Origin: Chloroflexota bacterium
GTDB lineage: Bacteria; Chloroflexota; UBA11872; VXOZ01
Direction: 5' to 3'
Assembly (NCBI GenBank): GCA_964291655.2
Contig: OZ219802.1
Span: forward strand, 2,208,001 to 2,272,000
Length of the DNA stretch: 64,000 bases
Below are positions 19,602 through 29,721 of the stretch, in pieces (the first letter of the stretch is position 1; every line of letters begins with the position of its first letter). A program made the position numbers and the translations under genes. The notes under the pieces are model-generated. The model searched no databases and was not told the DNA's origin. It was given only the letters and a program-made list of their open reading frames with translations.

Positions 19602-20852
19602 ATGGGAAGCAATGTGCTCATGCAGTCGCTTTGGGACGGTTTTCTGCGCTGCCTTGGCGCAGTTGCGGCCTGCGTCCTGCTGGCCGCCGCGTTAACTGCA
19701 TGTACCGTGGAGTACACAGATCCCGCGCAGGACGCGCGCCTGCTTGAGTTGGAAGCGCAGGTGCACTCCCTGGAAGAGACTCTCGCAAGCCTCGAGGTTG
19801 AAAACGCGCAACTGAAGGCCGACTCTGCGCTCCTCACCGTTGAGATCGCGCTCATGGGCGAGCGCTTGCATGAGCAGGATGCCCGGCTGCAGGAGCTCGA
19901 AGAAGCTGTCGCTACAATGGAGCAGTTTCTCCCCCTCCTGGAGCAGTGGTCGCAGGACAAGGACAGCAAGGTTGCCCAGCCGGACGACACCGTCTTGGAA
20001 CGGACAGCCCGGCTGGCGGAAGAGGCCGGCGGCGAGGTCTACTACCTGGAACACGCCGGGCGCAAGGACCAGTCAGTCCTGGTACTGCCGCTGGAAGTTG
20101 TCGACGGCAGCACCCCGCTCATCGTGTCACTGCACGGCTTTGGCGGCAATTCCGCCGTCCACAGCCGGTACATTCCGCTGCATGAGCGGGTGAACTCCCA
20201 TGGATTCGCATTGCTGCTGCCCAACGGCATACCCGATAGCGCGGGCAACCGTTTTTGGAATCCTACCGACCAGTGCTGTGACGGCGGCAAGTCCGGCGAG
20301 GACGACGTGGCGTATCTGACCGAACTGGTAGCGAGCGCTAAGGCTGTCAAGGCCTTCGGGCCGGTGTACGTCTTCGGATACTCCAACGGCGGGTTCATGG
20401 CGCACCACCTGGCCTGCAAAGGTCTGCCCGGCCTGCGCGCCGTGGCCGGTCTGGCGGGTACAAGCTACGTGGCAGACTCGAGCTGCGAGGGCGCGCCGCC
20501 CGTTTCCGTACTGCACATCCACGGCACGGCGGATATGGTGATCCTGTATGCGGGCGACGAGAGTGAGCCGGATGCCAATGGCGAACGGGCGTTCTACCTC
20601 GGGGCCGAGGAAATGGTAATGCGCTGGAGCAAGAGCGCTGGCTGCGCGTGGCCCGCAGAACTCCAACCCTACGCCACCTTCGACCTCGACCAAGCCGTTT
20701 CCGGAGCCGAAACCCACGCCTACCGCCTACAAGAGGGCTGCGCCGCAGGAATCACCATCGAACTCTGGAGCGGCGTGGGCAGCAGCCACGCCCCTGGTTT
20801 CGAAGATTCCTTTGTGGATGCTCTGGTCAACTGGCTGCTATCACAAGAATAA
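19602..20852 (+). CDS. Lipoprotein with coiled coil and LpqP/PHB-depolymerase-type alpha/beta hydrolase
   Basis: LTAC lipobox, heptad coiled coil, SLHGFGG, GYSNGG nucleophile, HIHGTAD. Confidence 0.85.
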   Translation: MGSNVLMQSLWDGFLRCLGAVAACVLLAAALTACTVEYTDPAQDARLLELEAQVHSLEETLASLEVENAQLKADSALLTVEIALMGERLHEQDARLQELEEAVATMEQFLPLLEQWSQDKDSKVAQPDDTVLERTARLAEEAGGEVYYLEHAGRKDQSVLVLPLEVVDGSTPLIVSLHGFGGNSAVHSRYIPLHERVNSHGFALLLPNGIPDSAGNRFWNPTDQCCDGGKSGEDDVAYLTELVASAKAVKAFGPVYVFGYSNGGFMAHHLACKGLPGLRAVAGLAGTSYVADSSCEGAPPVSVLHIHGTADMVILYAGDESEPDANGERAFYLGAEEMVMRWSKSAGCAWPAELQPYATFDLDQAVSGAETHAYRLQEGCAAGITIELWSGVGSSHAPGFEDSFVDALVNWLLSQE

Positions 20853-21072
20853 GTACCATATTGAATGTGCCGGTCCGGCTCGCCGACACTCGGTTGCCCA
20901 AGGACAGCGTTCGCTGCGGCGACATCGTGCGACAGGGCATGTTTTACAATACGGTACGTCATCTCAACACAGAATCCCTGCTTAAGATTTCATTCATCTT
21001 GCTGAATTGGTCTAATGTTCCCTTGAGCAGTCATCTTCTCTCCAAGCTTGGATTCACGAAAGGAATGTGCAG

Positions 21073-21495
21073 ATGCGCGTCATCGTCCTGATCAAAGCTA
21101 CTGCCGACAGTGAAGCCGGCGTCATGCCCTCCGCCGAACTGATCGAGGCCATGGGGCAGTACAACCAGGAGTTGGCCGAGGCCGGCATCATGCGCGACGG
21201 CGACGGCATCAAGCCTACGTCGGCAGGCAAGCGAGTGGCCTTCAATGGGGAAGACCGTACGGTCATCGATGGGCCTTTCCCGGCCGTTAGCGAACTGGTG
21301 GCGGGGTACTGGCTATGGGAGGTGAAGGACATGGACGAGGCCGTGGCGTGGGTGAAGCGCTGTCCCAATCCCATGCCGGGACCCAGCGAGATCGAGATCC
21401 GGCCGCTGTTTGAGGTCGCCGACTTTGCCGAGGCCATGACCGCAGAGCAGGCGGCACAGGAAGAGCGCCTGCGGGAAGAGTTGGAGGGTCAGTGA
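21073..21495 (+). CDS. YciI/DGPF-family protein
   Basis: KATADSEAG, VIDGPF, LVAGYWLW, EIEIRP. Confidence 0.9.
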   Translation: MRVIVLIKATADSEAGVMPSAELIEAMGQYNQELAEAGIMRDGDGIKPTSAGKRVAFNGEDRTVIDGPFPAVSELVAGYWLWEVKDMDEAVAWVKRCPNPMPGPSEIEIRPLFEVADFAEAMTAEQAAQEERLREELEGQ

Positions 21496-21555
21496 GCAGA
21501 CTATGCCGCCTCAAATTGGCGCTTCTCGGCCCGGTTGCCGGCTAACGGCAACTAC

Positions 21556-21651
21556 ATCGAACTCTGGATGGGAGTTGGCAGCAGACCTGCCCCCGCCTCC
21601 GGCATCGCCTTCACGGACGCCCTGCTCACCTGGCTGCTGGCGCAGGAGTAA
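21556..21651 (+). pseudogene. 3' remnant of an esterase paralog
   Basis: IELWMGVGSRPAPASGIAFTDALLTWLLAQE* versus IELWSGVGSSHAPGFEDSFVDALVNWLLSQE* of 19602..20852. Confidence 0.8.
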
Positions 21652-21948
21652 TTACCTCTCCCCTTGCTCGAACTTAGCAGTGCGGATGCACTTGCCGTCG
21701 AGGACATAGCTCGTAGCCGACGCGACCTTGTGCATCGCGCCGTCGGCAGCTATGCGGTCAATAGCAAACATCCCCATCTGAATGTGCCTGTCCAACTCGT
21801 CATCGAAGGTCTTTCCATAGATAGCTTCGGCCTCGGCAATGTCGTACAGCAGGATCTCCTCGACGGTATGACCCGCCGCCGTGACTGAGATCCAGCGCAC
21901 GTTGACACCGCGGATTTCAGCGGTTCGTTCGGTTACGTCTGCCGGCAC
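21652..21948 (-). CDS. Hypothetical protein
   Basis: AGGAGG RBS before GTG; protein-like composition. Confidence 0.6.
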   Translation of the reverse strand: MPADVTERTAEIRGVNVRWISVTAAGHTVEEILLYDIAEAEAIYGKTFDDELDRHIQMGMFAIDRIAADGAMHKVASATSYVLDGKCIRTAKFEQGER

Positions 21949-22161
21949 GATGTCCTCCTAGCTATGTGGGTCTCGTAAGACCGGACTGCAATCACCTCGG
22001 CGGAAACTCCCAATAGAGGGGAGTCGGCTTTCCCAAACTGCTACGAGAAAACTGACACCTAGGCTGGAATGGATTCCGGGGAGCAGAGCAATGACAGCCC
22101 CATGCGGGGATGGGATAATGTCAATTGAAGGATAACTTTGCCGGTACAAGGAGGGACTCCG

Positions 22162-22404
22162 ATGGCAAGAACCGAGAGTAGCAACAGGCCATGGCTGTGG
22201 ATCGGTGGGGCGATCCTTGCCGCGGGACTGCTGGTGTTGGGCGGGTTCTGGGTGAACGCAATCGTGAGGGCGGATGATGTACCCCTCCTGATAAAGGTGG
22301 CCCTCCTCGCCCTACCGGTTGGTCTGGCCGTATTCTTGGCCGCCGCTTTGAGGGACAGAATAATCCAGAAGAAGCAAGAGAATTTCTTGGAGGTCGACAA
22401 TTGA
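22162..22404 (+). CDS. Small two-TM membrane protein
   Basis: AGGAGG RBS; two hydrophobic helices; coupled to ybjQ. Confidence 0.7.
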   Translation: MARTESSNRPWLWIGGAILAAGLLVLGGFWVNAIVRADDVPLLIKVALLALPVGLAVFLAAALRDRIIQKKQENFLEVDN

Positions 22405-22715
22405 TCGTAACGACAACTGATACAATTCCCGGAGCCGAAATTGTCGAGACGTTAGGCATGGTGCGCGGAAGCACCGTGCGCTCCCGGCACATCGGCAAGG
22501 ACATTATGGCAGCTTTCCGTAACGTCGTCGGCGGCGAGGTAGTGGAGTACACGAAACTGCTGGCAGAGGCGCGCGAGGTGTCACTGCAGCGCATGGTCGA
22601 GAGCGCAGAAGAAATGGGAGCCAATGCCATTGTGGGCACGAGGTTCATCACTGCGGGTGTTGCTCAGGGATCGGCCGAAATCGTCGCCTACGGCACGGCG
22701 GTCAAGGTAGACTGA
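22401..22715 (+). CDS. ybjQ: YbjQ (UPF0145) family protein
   Basis: MIVTTTDTIPG, RNVVGGE..EYTKLL, GANAIVG, AYGTAV. Confidence 0.92.
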   Translation: MIVTTTDTIPGAEIVETLGMVRGSTVRSRHIGKDIMAAFRNVVGGEVVEYTKLLAEAREVSLQRMVESAEEMGANAIVGTRFITAGVAQGSAEIVAYGTAVKVD

Positions 22716-23097
22716 CCCGGCGATTAAGATTCGCGGCAATTGTCGCAAACTGGCTGCGGGAAAGTCTCAATTACCTGAAAGCAGAGCGGTACGGTTCGCC
22801 GCCTGAGAGCAGGCTGCGCTCACTCAGGGATCTCATACCACCTCGCTCTCTCGGCCTTCTCTATTCCTTTCGACGTTCCACTATCGCTAGCGGTCGACAT
22901 CCAGCCCTAGCTCCACCGCTGGCCCGAAAGTGGTGGTGGCCTTCGGCTCGGCTATATGACTCACGCTGGGCAGTCTCTTTACCAGCCGCCGGTCGTCGCC
23001 TGCCCCTCAGGCCCCGGTCAGTAGTTGGCGAGAAGTTCGAGTCCCCCTTCAGGTCTCAAATATAGATTGGTGGGCCTAAAATCACGCAACTATTAGC

Positions 23098-23230
23098 TTA
23101 CAGACGCGGTTTCTCAAACAACGCGGTCACATCGATATGGTTCAGCGCGCGGTTGAAGAGGTGCACGGCGCAGAGGGTGCGGTCAACGGGGTCATCAAGG
23201 CAGAGCAAGGGATAGTCGAAAGCTTGCTGC
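23098..23230 (-). pseudogene. Highly decayed 3' remnant of the LamG-domain gene
   Basis: TLCAVHLFNRALNHIDVTALFEKPRL* versus SLSDVRLYNRALSETHVAAIFERQRM*. Confidence 0.65.
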
Positions 23231-23316
23231 GATGTCTACCGGTTCGCGTCGGCTGCCGGCAATAGGATCAAGTCAATGACGTCGTATGCAGCAGTGTGGA
23301 CAACGGAGGTTAGGTC

Positions 23317-23793
23317 ATGCAGAAGATTGTCACCAATCTGTGGTTTGACGGCCGGGTTGAAGAGGCGCTCGACCTCTACACGTCGTGTTTCGCTGACGCG
23401 CGCGTCACCAACATCACACGTTACAGCGAATCCGGCATGGGCGAGCCCGGCACTATCATGACCGCCGAGTTTGAGCTGGCGGGGCAGGAGTTTTGCATCA
23501 TCAACGGCGGTCCCCAGTACACGCATAGTCCGGCAATGTCGCTTGCGGTCAACTGCGTCGATCAAGACGAGGTGGATAGGCTCTGGGAACGCTTGACGTC
23601 CGACGGCGGCGAAGAAGGTCAATGCGGCTGGCTCACCGACCGTTTTGGCGTCTCCTGGCAGATCGTGCCGCTGGCGCTGGGCGAAATGCTGGCGAGCGAT
23701 GATGCGGCCGCGGTGGAACGCGTCACCGCGGCGTTTCTGCAGATGAAGAAGCTGGACATCGCCGCGTTGGAGAAGGCGTTTCGCGATGAGTAA
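23317..23793 (+). CDS. VOC-family protein (PhnB/3-dmu-9 3-methyltransferase-like)
   Basis: MQKIVTNLWFD, NGGP, QCGWLTDRFGVSWQIVP, MKKLDIA. Confidence 0.92.
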   Translation: MQKIVTNLWFDGRVEEALDLYTSCFADARVTNITRYSESGMGEPGTIMTAEFELAGQEFCIINGGPQYTHSPAMSLAVNCVDQDEVDRLWERLTSDGGEEGQCGWLTDRFGVSWQIVPLALGEMLASDDAAAVERVTAAFLQMKKLDIAALEKAFRDE

Positions 23794-23834
23794 CCTGCAG
23801 CAGGCGTTTTTGCGATGAGCAAGCCGGAGCCAGA

Positions 23835-24040
23835 TCGTTCAGTGCACGGCTGTAGAGCCGCACGTCGCTCAGGCTGCTGATGAAGGGGCCGACTTGGCCG
23901 TTGCCGATTTGTAGTGGATCCTCTAGCGAGAGGTCGTAGGTGGTGGCGGTGAAGGACGGGGATTCTGATACCGGTGCGCCGTCCACGTAGAGCCGCAAGA
24001 CCCTACCGGAACGCACGGCAGCGCGGTGGTTGCCGGCCGC
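23835..24040 (-). pseudogene. Second 3' remnant of the LamG-domain gene
   Basis: LRLYVDGAPVSESPSF..YDLSLEDPLQIGNGQVGP..SLSDVRLYSRAL closely matches 28020-28200. Confidence 0.85.
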
Positions 24041-24325
24041 CGTGTTTCAAACTCCTCTGTTCTCTCTCCAGCGAGCTTACGAGCAGTCCGGCGCCATTAT
24101 TGCCGTTGCCCAGTGGGGGGCCAAGGCCGGTCATGGTAGCGCCTGAAGCGTTCTGGCCTGCCCCCGGCCTGTGAACTGCTGCGCGCTGTCTGAGTCCACT
24201 GCCGAAGATTGCCTGTACGCTGAAACTTTCCCCTTGCAATACCACAACTCTCGCGGCAGAATGTATGCTAGTAGCGATTGGACCCAGTGGATTCATCCCA
24301 TGACAGCACAAAAGGAGATTCAATC

Positions 24326-25006
24326 ATGGGCACAATATCCGTGAATCGGCTAGCGGGCCTGTCCCTCATTTTCGGCCCCATAGTCGCCTTCATCTTCTTT
24401 CTCATAGAGCCGGGTGGACTACTGATAGATAGCGCCAGCGTGTCAGACGCCGTTGGCTCCATTACGGCCAAGGGCACCAACGCCACACTGACCAATGTTA
24501 CCAATATCGCAATAATTCTTGGCCTGACGCTCATCCTCTCGGGCCTCTACGCGCTGATGCGAAACGTGACCTTGCAGGGCAACGGCAAGGCGCTTGTGCA
24601 GATGGGCTACTTCATGATCTTCGTCGGGCTGACCGGTTGGATTCTATCCGGCGGCATTGACTTCATTTTGGCCGATGCCCAAACCAGCGACCAGATTATG
24701 GCGACCGTACCCGTCTACTACACCGGTTCCGCTTTCGTCTACGCCGGTGGCATTGCGCTCGGGTTTGGCGGCTTCATTTTCGCGTTGGGCCTCTCCACGA
24801 GAGACGACTTCAACCGGATTATCTCCCTGCTGGCTGCTCTTGTCAGTCTGGCCGTGATGGTCTTTTTCATGATAGCCGTACTCAATAACGACGGTCGCGA
24901 CACCTTTATCTCCCTGGCCCGGAGTTCCTACGTGTTACTGGTTATCTGGTATGGATACCTGGGCTTCGGACTGATGAACCGACCCGATCCCGAACTGTGG
25001 CAATAG
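24326..25006 (+). CDS. Integral membrane protein (about 6 TM)
   Basis: AAGGAG RBS; repeated hydrophobic helices. Confidence 0.75.
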   Translation: MGTISVNRLAGLSLIFGPIVAFIFFLIEPGGLLIDSASVSDAVGSITAKGTNATLTNVTNIAIILGLTLILSGLYALMRNVTLQGNGKALVQMGYFMIFVGLTGWILSGGIDFILADAQTSDQIMATVPVYYTGSAFVYAGGIALGFGGFIFALGLSTRDDFNRIISLLAALVSLAVMVFFMIAVLNNDGRDTFISLARSSYVLLVIWYGYLGFGLMNRPDPELWQ

Positions 25007-25045
25007 ACGGAATCTAGGATTTGCCGGCGGCTAACCCAAGGTCAG

Positions 25046-25250
25046 GTGCCGGTGGCTGAACACGAGCAACTGCTAAGGGGAGTCTGGGGCCAGGACAACT
25101 CCGGCGGCCCGAGTCCGGAGCGTACCAATGTGAAGAGGCTGCGCCGCAAGCTGGGCGAAGACGCCGGTAGCCCGAAGACGCCGGCAGCCCGAATTAGTTC
25201 CTCTCAGAGCCGCGCGTTGGCTGCCGCATGCCGAAGGCGAAGAAACCCAA
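25046..25250 (+). pseudogene. Remnant of an OmpR/KdpE-type winged-helix C-terminus
   Basis: HEQLLRGVWG...RTNVKRLRRKLGEDAGSP; no receiver domain. Confidence 0.65.
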
Positions 25251-25447
25251 GCACAATCGTTGACCGCCGGTTGCGCTTGGTTGGTCTTGACCCAGAATCC
25301 TGCCTCGCCCCGGGCGGTTCGCACTCACCGGCAGAAGATTATTCCTCAGCGACGGGTTTAAGTACCACCTATCGTGCACTATGCTAAGGGAAGGTCAAAT
25401 CTGGTGGGCCTGGGACTACCGTATTGAGAACTTTCCGCTGGGAGGTA

Positions 25448-26173
25448 CTACTGGGATAGGGAGGAACAGCCGGCCTTGTTGCACGCCCGGACTTGGTAGT
25501 TAGGGGCAGATGAGTGGCTGAGTGTGCGCCTCAATGAGCGGACCAGATCCGTGTGCGAACTGATGGTCAACGGCGCACTCACCGTGGTTAGCCAATCTCC
25601 GGCCCTGTACACCTCGTAGGAGGTTGCATCCTCCACCGCGGTCCACGTTACCACGTCACGGTCAGGGAGGACGTCATCCTTCTTTGTGACGAACTGCACG
25701 TCCTTGGGCGCTGCCGGGACTTCGACATCGGCATCAGACTCGGTGACGCCGGCAACCGGGTCGTCAGCAAACTCAGTGCATCCAAGGTGATTGCAAGCCC
25801 TTACTGAGTAGTAATAGACGCTATCCGCCTGCAGTCCCTGGTCCACAAAGCCGAGAGCAGCTACCTCGGTCGCCACGATGGTGTACTCACCCTCCGCGGA
25901 ACTGCTGCGTTGTACGTCGTAATACGTCGCTTGGCTCTTGGCGTTCCACACGACGGTCAAGGAAGACTCGGTCCTGTCCACTACGTACAGATTGCGAGGG
26001 GGAAATCCTGGAGGCCACTCCGGAGTAGCCTCCAACGTGGGCACGGGCGCCAAGGCCGTGCCGGGGTCCGGAGCAGGAGCGGAACAACCCCACGCGACCC
26101 CGGCCAGAGCCACGACGACGCCAATCCACGCCATCCTGGGGCCATTGCCCAAAAGCTTGCTTAGTCTCTTCAT
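25448..26173 (-). CDS. Fibronectin type III lipoprotein
   Basis: AWGC lipobox-like; PPRNL..SLTVVW..YYDVQRS..YYYSVRACN and a second Fn3-like unit ending YQVRACNKAGCS. Confidence 0.8.
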   Translation of the reverse strand: MKRLSKLLGNGPRMAWIGVVVALAGVAWGCSAPAPDPGTALAPVPTLEATPEWPPGFPPRNLYVVDRTESSLTVVWNAKSQATYYDVQRSSSAEGEYTIVATEVAALGFVDQGLQADSVYYYSVRACNHLGCTEFADDPVAGVTESDADVEVPAAPKDVQFVTKKDDVLPDRDVVTWTAVEDATSYEVYRAGDWLTTVSAPLTISSHTDLVRSLRRTLSHSSAPNYQVRACNKAGCSSLSQ

Positions 26174-26266
26174 AGTTTTGAGGGGCCCCGGATGGCGAGG
26201 CCCGTGTTGCGTCGCCAATGCCAACAGATCCCAGGGAATCTGGTTAAATGGTATCGACGGCCGACT

Positions 26267-27466
26267 CTACGGGCTGATCGGGTTGTCTGAGTCGATGTTC
26301 GAGCAACCCTCGCTATTGCAGGCCACAACCCAATAGTAATTGCCACGACGGCTGTCACGAGGTTCAGGAGAAGCATGGATGTAGTTGGTGTCCACAACAT
26401 TTGTTGCCAACTCATCGCAGAATCGGGGCCTGCCCTCGTTGTCCAGTTCACAACCGAAGCCACGATCATTATAGTACAGGACGTAGTACTCGGCCCCATT
26501 CACGGGATCCCAACTAAGCTGCATCGTGGAACCTTCCCAGGCGGCGCTCACGCCGGATGGGCTATCCGGGGACGCGTCTATCGCAATGGAGACGTTGAAG
26601 GTCCCGGCGCCACTGAGGGCGTACAAATCAATATGGAAGGTGCCCGCCTCAGGGGCAGTCCACCGGCGAATTAAGGGGGAATCCGAGGAGTTAGATTGGC
26701 TAATGGAAGTAACTGCTGGATCAGGAAGGTCCTTGATAAGCAGGCGGACTCTCGTGATGCCCTCCCAGGACACCGCTATCAGGTACTTCTGTCCCACCTC
26801 GGCCTGAAACTGGTAGTAGGTGATCTCAGACTCTCCCAGCGCGCCGCTTACGCTACCTCCCACGGGGATCTCTTCCCTCTCGATTTGGGATTGGATTGGC
26901 TCCGATGTTTCCTCATCTATGCAGCCTGCCTCAGCCATGCGGGTCCGGACATCCGGATCCATGCTGGCAATGGCCTGCTCAACGGGTTCAAAATGTGACC
27001 CTAGCGTGAAGGCTGTCGAGACCAGAAATTGGTTCTCAGTCCGGTCACCCGGGTTCTCCAGGTATTCGTCTATGGTCTCCTTGAACACCCTCGCGAACGA
27101 AATCTGAGCATCATGCCATCCGGCGACTTCCGCAGGAGGCTCCAGCGCACTCATCCCCTCGATTACGAACTCCAGACCTTCGGAGAGTTCCCTGAGGGAG
27201 TCGCCCTCTTCCCAGGCCTCCACTTCTGACTGACCACCACAAACTGTCCCGATGTACTCGTCTAGGGAAACTTGGGAAGTGCTTGGCCCATCGGCAACCG
27301 GCGTCGCTGTGGGAGGGGCCGACGCAGGAGTACCACCAGCGGCGGTTGCTGTAGGCACATCCTCCTGATCCTCGTCGCTGCCCCCGCAGGAGGCAAAGGC
27401 AAAGGTCAAGAAGACCACCAATAGAGCAATCACAACTGGGACCCAGTGTCTACCTCTTTTGCTCAT
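26267..27466 (-). CDS. Lipoprotein with PPC-like beta-sandwich and C-terminal Fn3-like domain
   Basis: FASC lipobox; WTAPEAGTFHI; PDSPSGV..LSWDPVNGAEYY..YYWVVACNSEGCS. Confidence 0.75.
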   Translation of the reverse strand: MSKRGRHWVPVVIALLVVFLTFAFASCGGSDEDQEDVPTATAAGGTPASAPPTATPVADGPSTSQVSLDEYIGTVCGGQSEVEAWEEGDSLRELSEGLEFVIEGMSALEPPAEVAGWHDAQISFARVFKETIDEYLENPGDRTENQFLVSTAFTLGSHFEPVEQAIASMDPDVRTRMAEAGCIDEETSEPIQSQIEREEIPVGGSVSGALGESEITYYQFQAEVGQKYLIAVSWEGITRVRLLIKDLPDPAVTSISQSNSSDSPLIRRWTAPEAGTFHIDLYALSGAGTFNVSIAIDASPDSPSGVSAAWEGSTMQLSWDPVNGAEYYVLYYNDRGFGCELDNEGRPRFCDELATNVVDTNYIHASPEPRDSRRGNYYWVVACNSEGCSNIDSDNPISP

Positions 27467-27978
27467 CGCAATTCCTTCCCATGTTTATCGGACAGTATCC
27501 AATAGCTTCGGATGGATGGAGACCCAGACACAGTCCGATCCAATTCAAAGATGCCGGAGCCCTCAACCCGATAGTCTCACGCAAGAGATTTGGTATTCAA
27601 TTGTATCACTGAGTTCGTCCTAGACACATATGCAAAAGGCACCCACATACGTGGTCACTTCGGCGGCGCTTCCCTCCCTCTTATGCGCCACGGTCTACGC
27701 GCAACGCGCCGACCGGCTCGGTTGCCCACTCCTGTTCTTGGTCAGCCTCAAACATTGAGAGAGTTGCGAGCTAAGCCTTGCGGCGCCAACTATTCGGATA
27801 GAATAGCTGCTCGGCCATGGATTGGTCCCTCAGAAGGACGTCTGTTGCGGTTCGTTCCCCACCGACTTCCAACCGTCCCTGACACAAGAGTGTCTTGGTC
27901 GATTGTCAGTTGAGGAAGTTCGAGTCCCTGCAGGGTCTAGCTACGTTGAGTGGGCTTGCTTAGACTCGGAACCTCGCA

Positions 27979-29586
27979 TCACATGCGCTGTCTTTCGAAG
28001 ATAGCTGCGACGTGCGTTTCGCTCAGCGCGCGGTTGTAGAGCCGTACGTCGGACAGGCTGCCGCTGCAGGGGCCGATTTGGCCGTTGCCGATTTGTAGTG
28101 GTTCTTCTATCGAAAGATCGTAGTCGGCGGCGTGGAAGGACGCGGATTCTGCTGCCAAAGCGCCGTTGACGTAGAGCCGCAGAACGGCACCGGCCCGTAC
28201 GGCGGTCAGGTGATGCCAGCCGCCCGGCAGCGCATGGTCGTGGGTCACGTTTCTGCCGGCCTCCAACGAGAGCACGTTACCCGACGGCAGCGTGCCGCAG
28301 AACAGGCGGCCCTGGTAGACGGCCATGGTCCAGGCGCGGCGGTATTTGACGTCCGGCGTGGTGTCGAGCTGGCCGGTGGACACCCACTCTCCCTCACCGT
28401 CGTAGCGGTAGACGCTGCCGGTGGGCAGGGTGCCGGCGTAGAGCTTGCCGTTGTAGACCATCATGCCCATGACTTCCAGCTCCTCGCCCAAGCGACCGCA
28501 ATCCAGCCACGGCAGACCGTCGTCCTGGCGGTACACGGACCCGCTGGGCCACACACCGGTGTGCAGGCGGCCCTGATACGAGGCAAACGAATAGAGCTGG
28601 GTGGAGTCCGACGCATTGCCGCGGAAAGACCAGCGGCGGTCGCCCTCGTAGCGAAACACGCCGCCCACGTCGTAGCCGGTCGCGTACAGGCCGCCTTGGA
28701 AGACGCCCAGCACCGCGACCCGCGTGCCCGGATCGCCGCAGGGTAGCCAGGTCTTACCGCCTGCGTACCGGAACATGCCCGCCGAATACATGGCAGAACC
28801 GTAGAGCTCGCCGTTGTAGACGGCCAAGCCGAACACGTCTTCGGCGTCGCCGAGTTGGCCGCAGTCCACCCACTCCGTGCCGCCGGCGTAGCGGTAGACG
28901 CTGCCACCCGGATGGCGGTTTGGCGACTCCGGCAGACTGGAGCCCTGCGCGCGGTAGCAACTTACTCCCGCGTAGAGATCGCCGTCGTACACCGCCAGTG
29001 TGCTTACGGCATTGCAGTCTGCGGGCGCGCCGCAGTCCTCCCAGTCCGTGCCGCCCGCGTAGCGGTAGACGTGCCCGGTCTCGCCCGCCTCACCCTCATA
29101 GGTGCCGGCGTAGAGCGAGCCGGCATGCACGGCCATGCCCATGACGCACTGCGCGTTGCCGGGCCTGCCGTTATTGGTCCAGTCAGGCTCAACTGTGTTG
29201 TCGTCTATGCCGAAGAAGACGTTGCGCCAGTTGCTCTGCGAGGAGGCCACGCCCGCGGCTGACTGGATGCCGAAGTTGAAGCCGCGCCGTGAAGTGGGGT
29301 CGAACTTGCTCAGGATGTCGCCGGGCACGTCGGTCGTGACGCGGTTGGTATTCACCCACGCTGCAAGGGTAAAGTCCGCTGTGCTTAGCGCCAGACTCTC
29401 ATTATGCGGGACTGTGATGGACGCACTGCGGCCATCGAACAAGGCCGCGCCTGGACCGCCTCCCAAAGGCAGCGGCGCAGTATAGGCAACACTGCCTTCT
29501 ATCCGGCCATGGTTGGCGTTACCTGAGTGATCGTCGCAATCGCCGTCTAGCGTCCAATGTCCGACTAAGCCTGCATGAATGTCCAC
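27979..29586 (-). CDS. LamG/concanavalin-like domain split by a beta-propeller repeat region
   Basis: LVGHWTLDG..DHSGN, FTLAAWV, WHHLTAV, LYVNG, DVRLYNRALS; seven repeats like AVYxGxLYAG..VYRYxGG..WxDCG; GTG 29586 with AAGGAG RBS. Confidence 0.85.
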   Translation of the reverse strand: MDIHAGLVGHWTLDGDCDDHSGNANHGRIEGSVAYTAPLPLGGGPGAALFDGRSASITVPHNESLALSTADFTLAAWVNTNRVTTDVPGDILSKFDPTSRRGFNFGIQSAAGVASSQSNWRNVFFGIDDNTVEPDWTNNGRPGNAQCVMGMAVHAGSLYAGTYEGEAGETGHVYRYAGGTDWEDCGAPADCNAVSTLAVYDGDLYAGVSCYRAQGSSLPESPNRHPGGSVYRYAGGTEWVDCGQLGDAEDVFGLAVYNGELYGSAMYSAGMFRYAGGKTWLPCGDPGTRVAVLGVFQGGLYATGYDVGGVFRYEGDRRWSFRGNASDSTQLYSFASYQGRLHTGVWPSGSVYRQDDGLPWLDCGRLGEELEVMGMMVYNGKLYAGTLPTGSVYRYDGEGEWVSTGQLDTTPDVKYRRAWTMAVYQGRLFCGTLPSGNVLSLEAGRNVTHDHALPGGWHHLTAVRAGAVLRLYVNGALAAESASFHAADYDLSIEEPLQIGNGQIGPCSGSLSDVRLYNRALSETHVAAIFERQRM

Positions 29587-29721
29587 GCTTTTCTCCTTCT
29601 TGGGTGTCCTCGCTAAGGTGGGAATGTCCGCTCTTGTTTCGTAAACTCTCGCGCAGTTGTTACTGTGGCATACGCACAGGTCGGGACGGAAAGATTCTCC
29701 CCTCACCCCGGCCCTCTCCCC

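Noticed and set aside
21556-24040. Diversity-generating retroelement (template/variable repeat pairs at gene 3' ends)
   Set aside because: Mismatches are not adenine-specific, many are synonymous, and no reverse transcriptase is in the window
19500-28000. Integron cassette array
   Set aside because: Genes are in mixed orientation with no attC-like sites and no integrase
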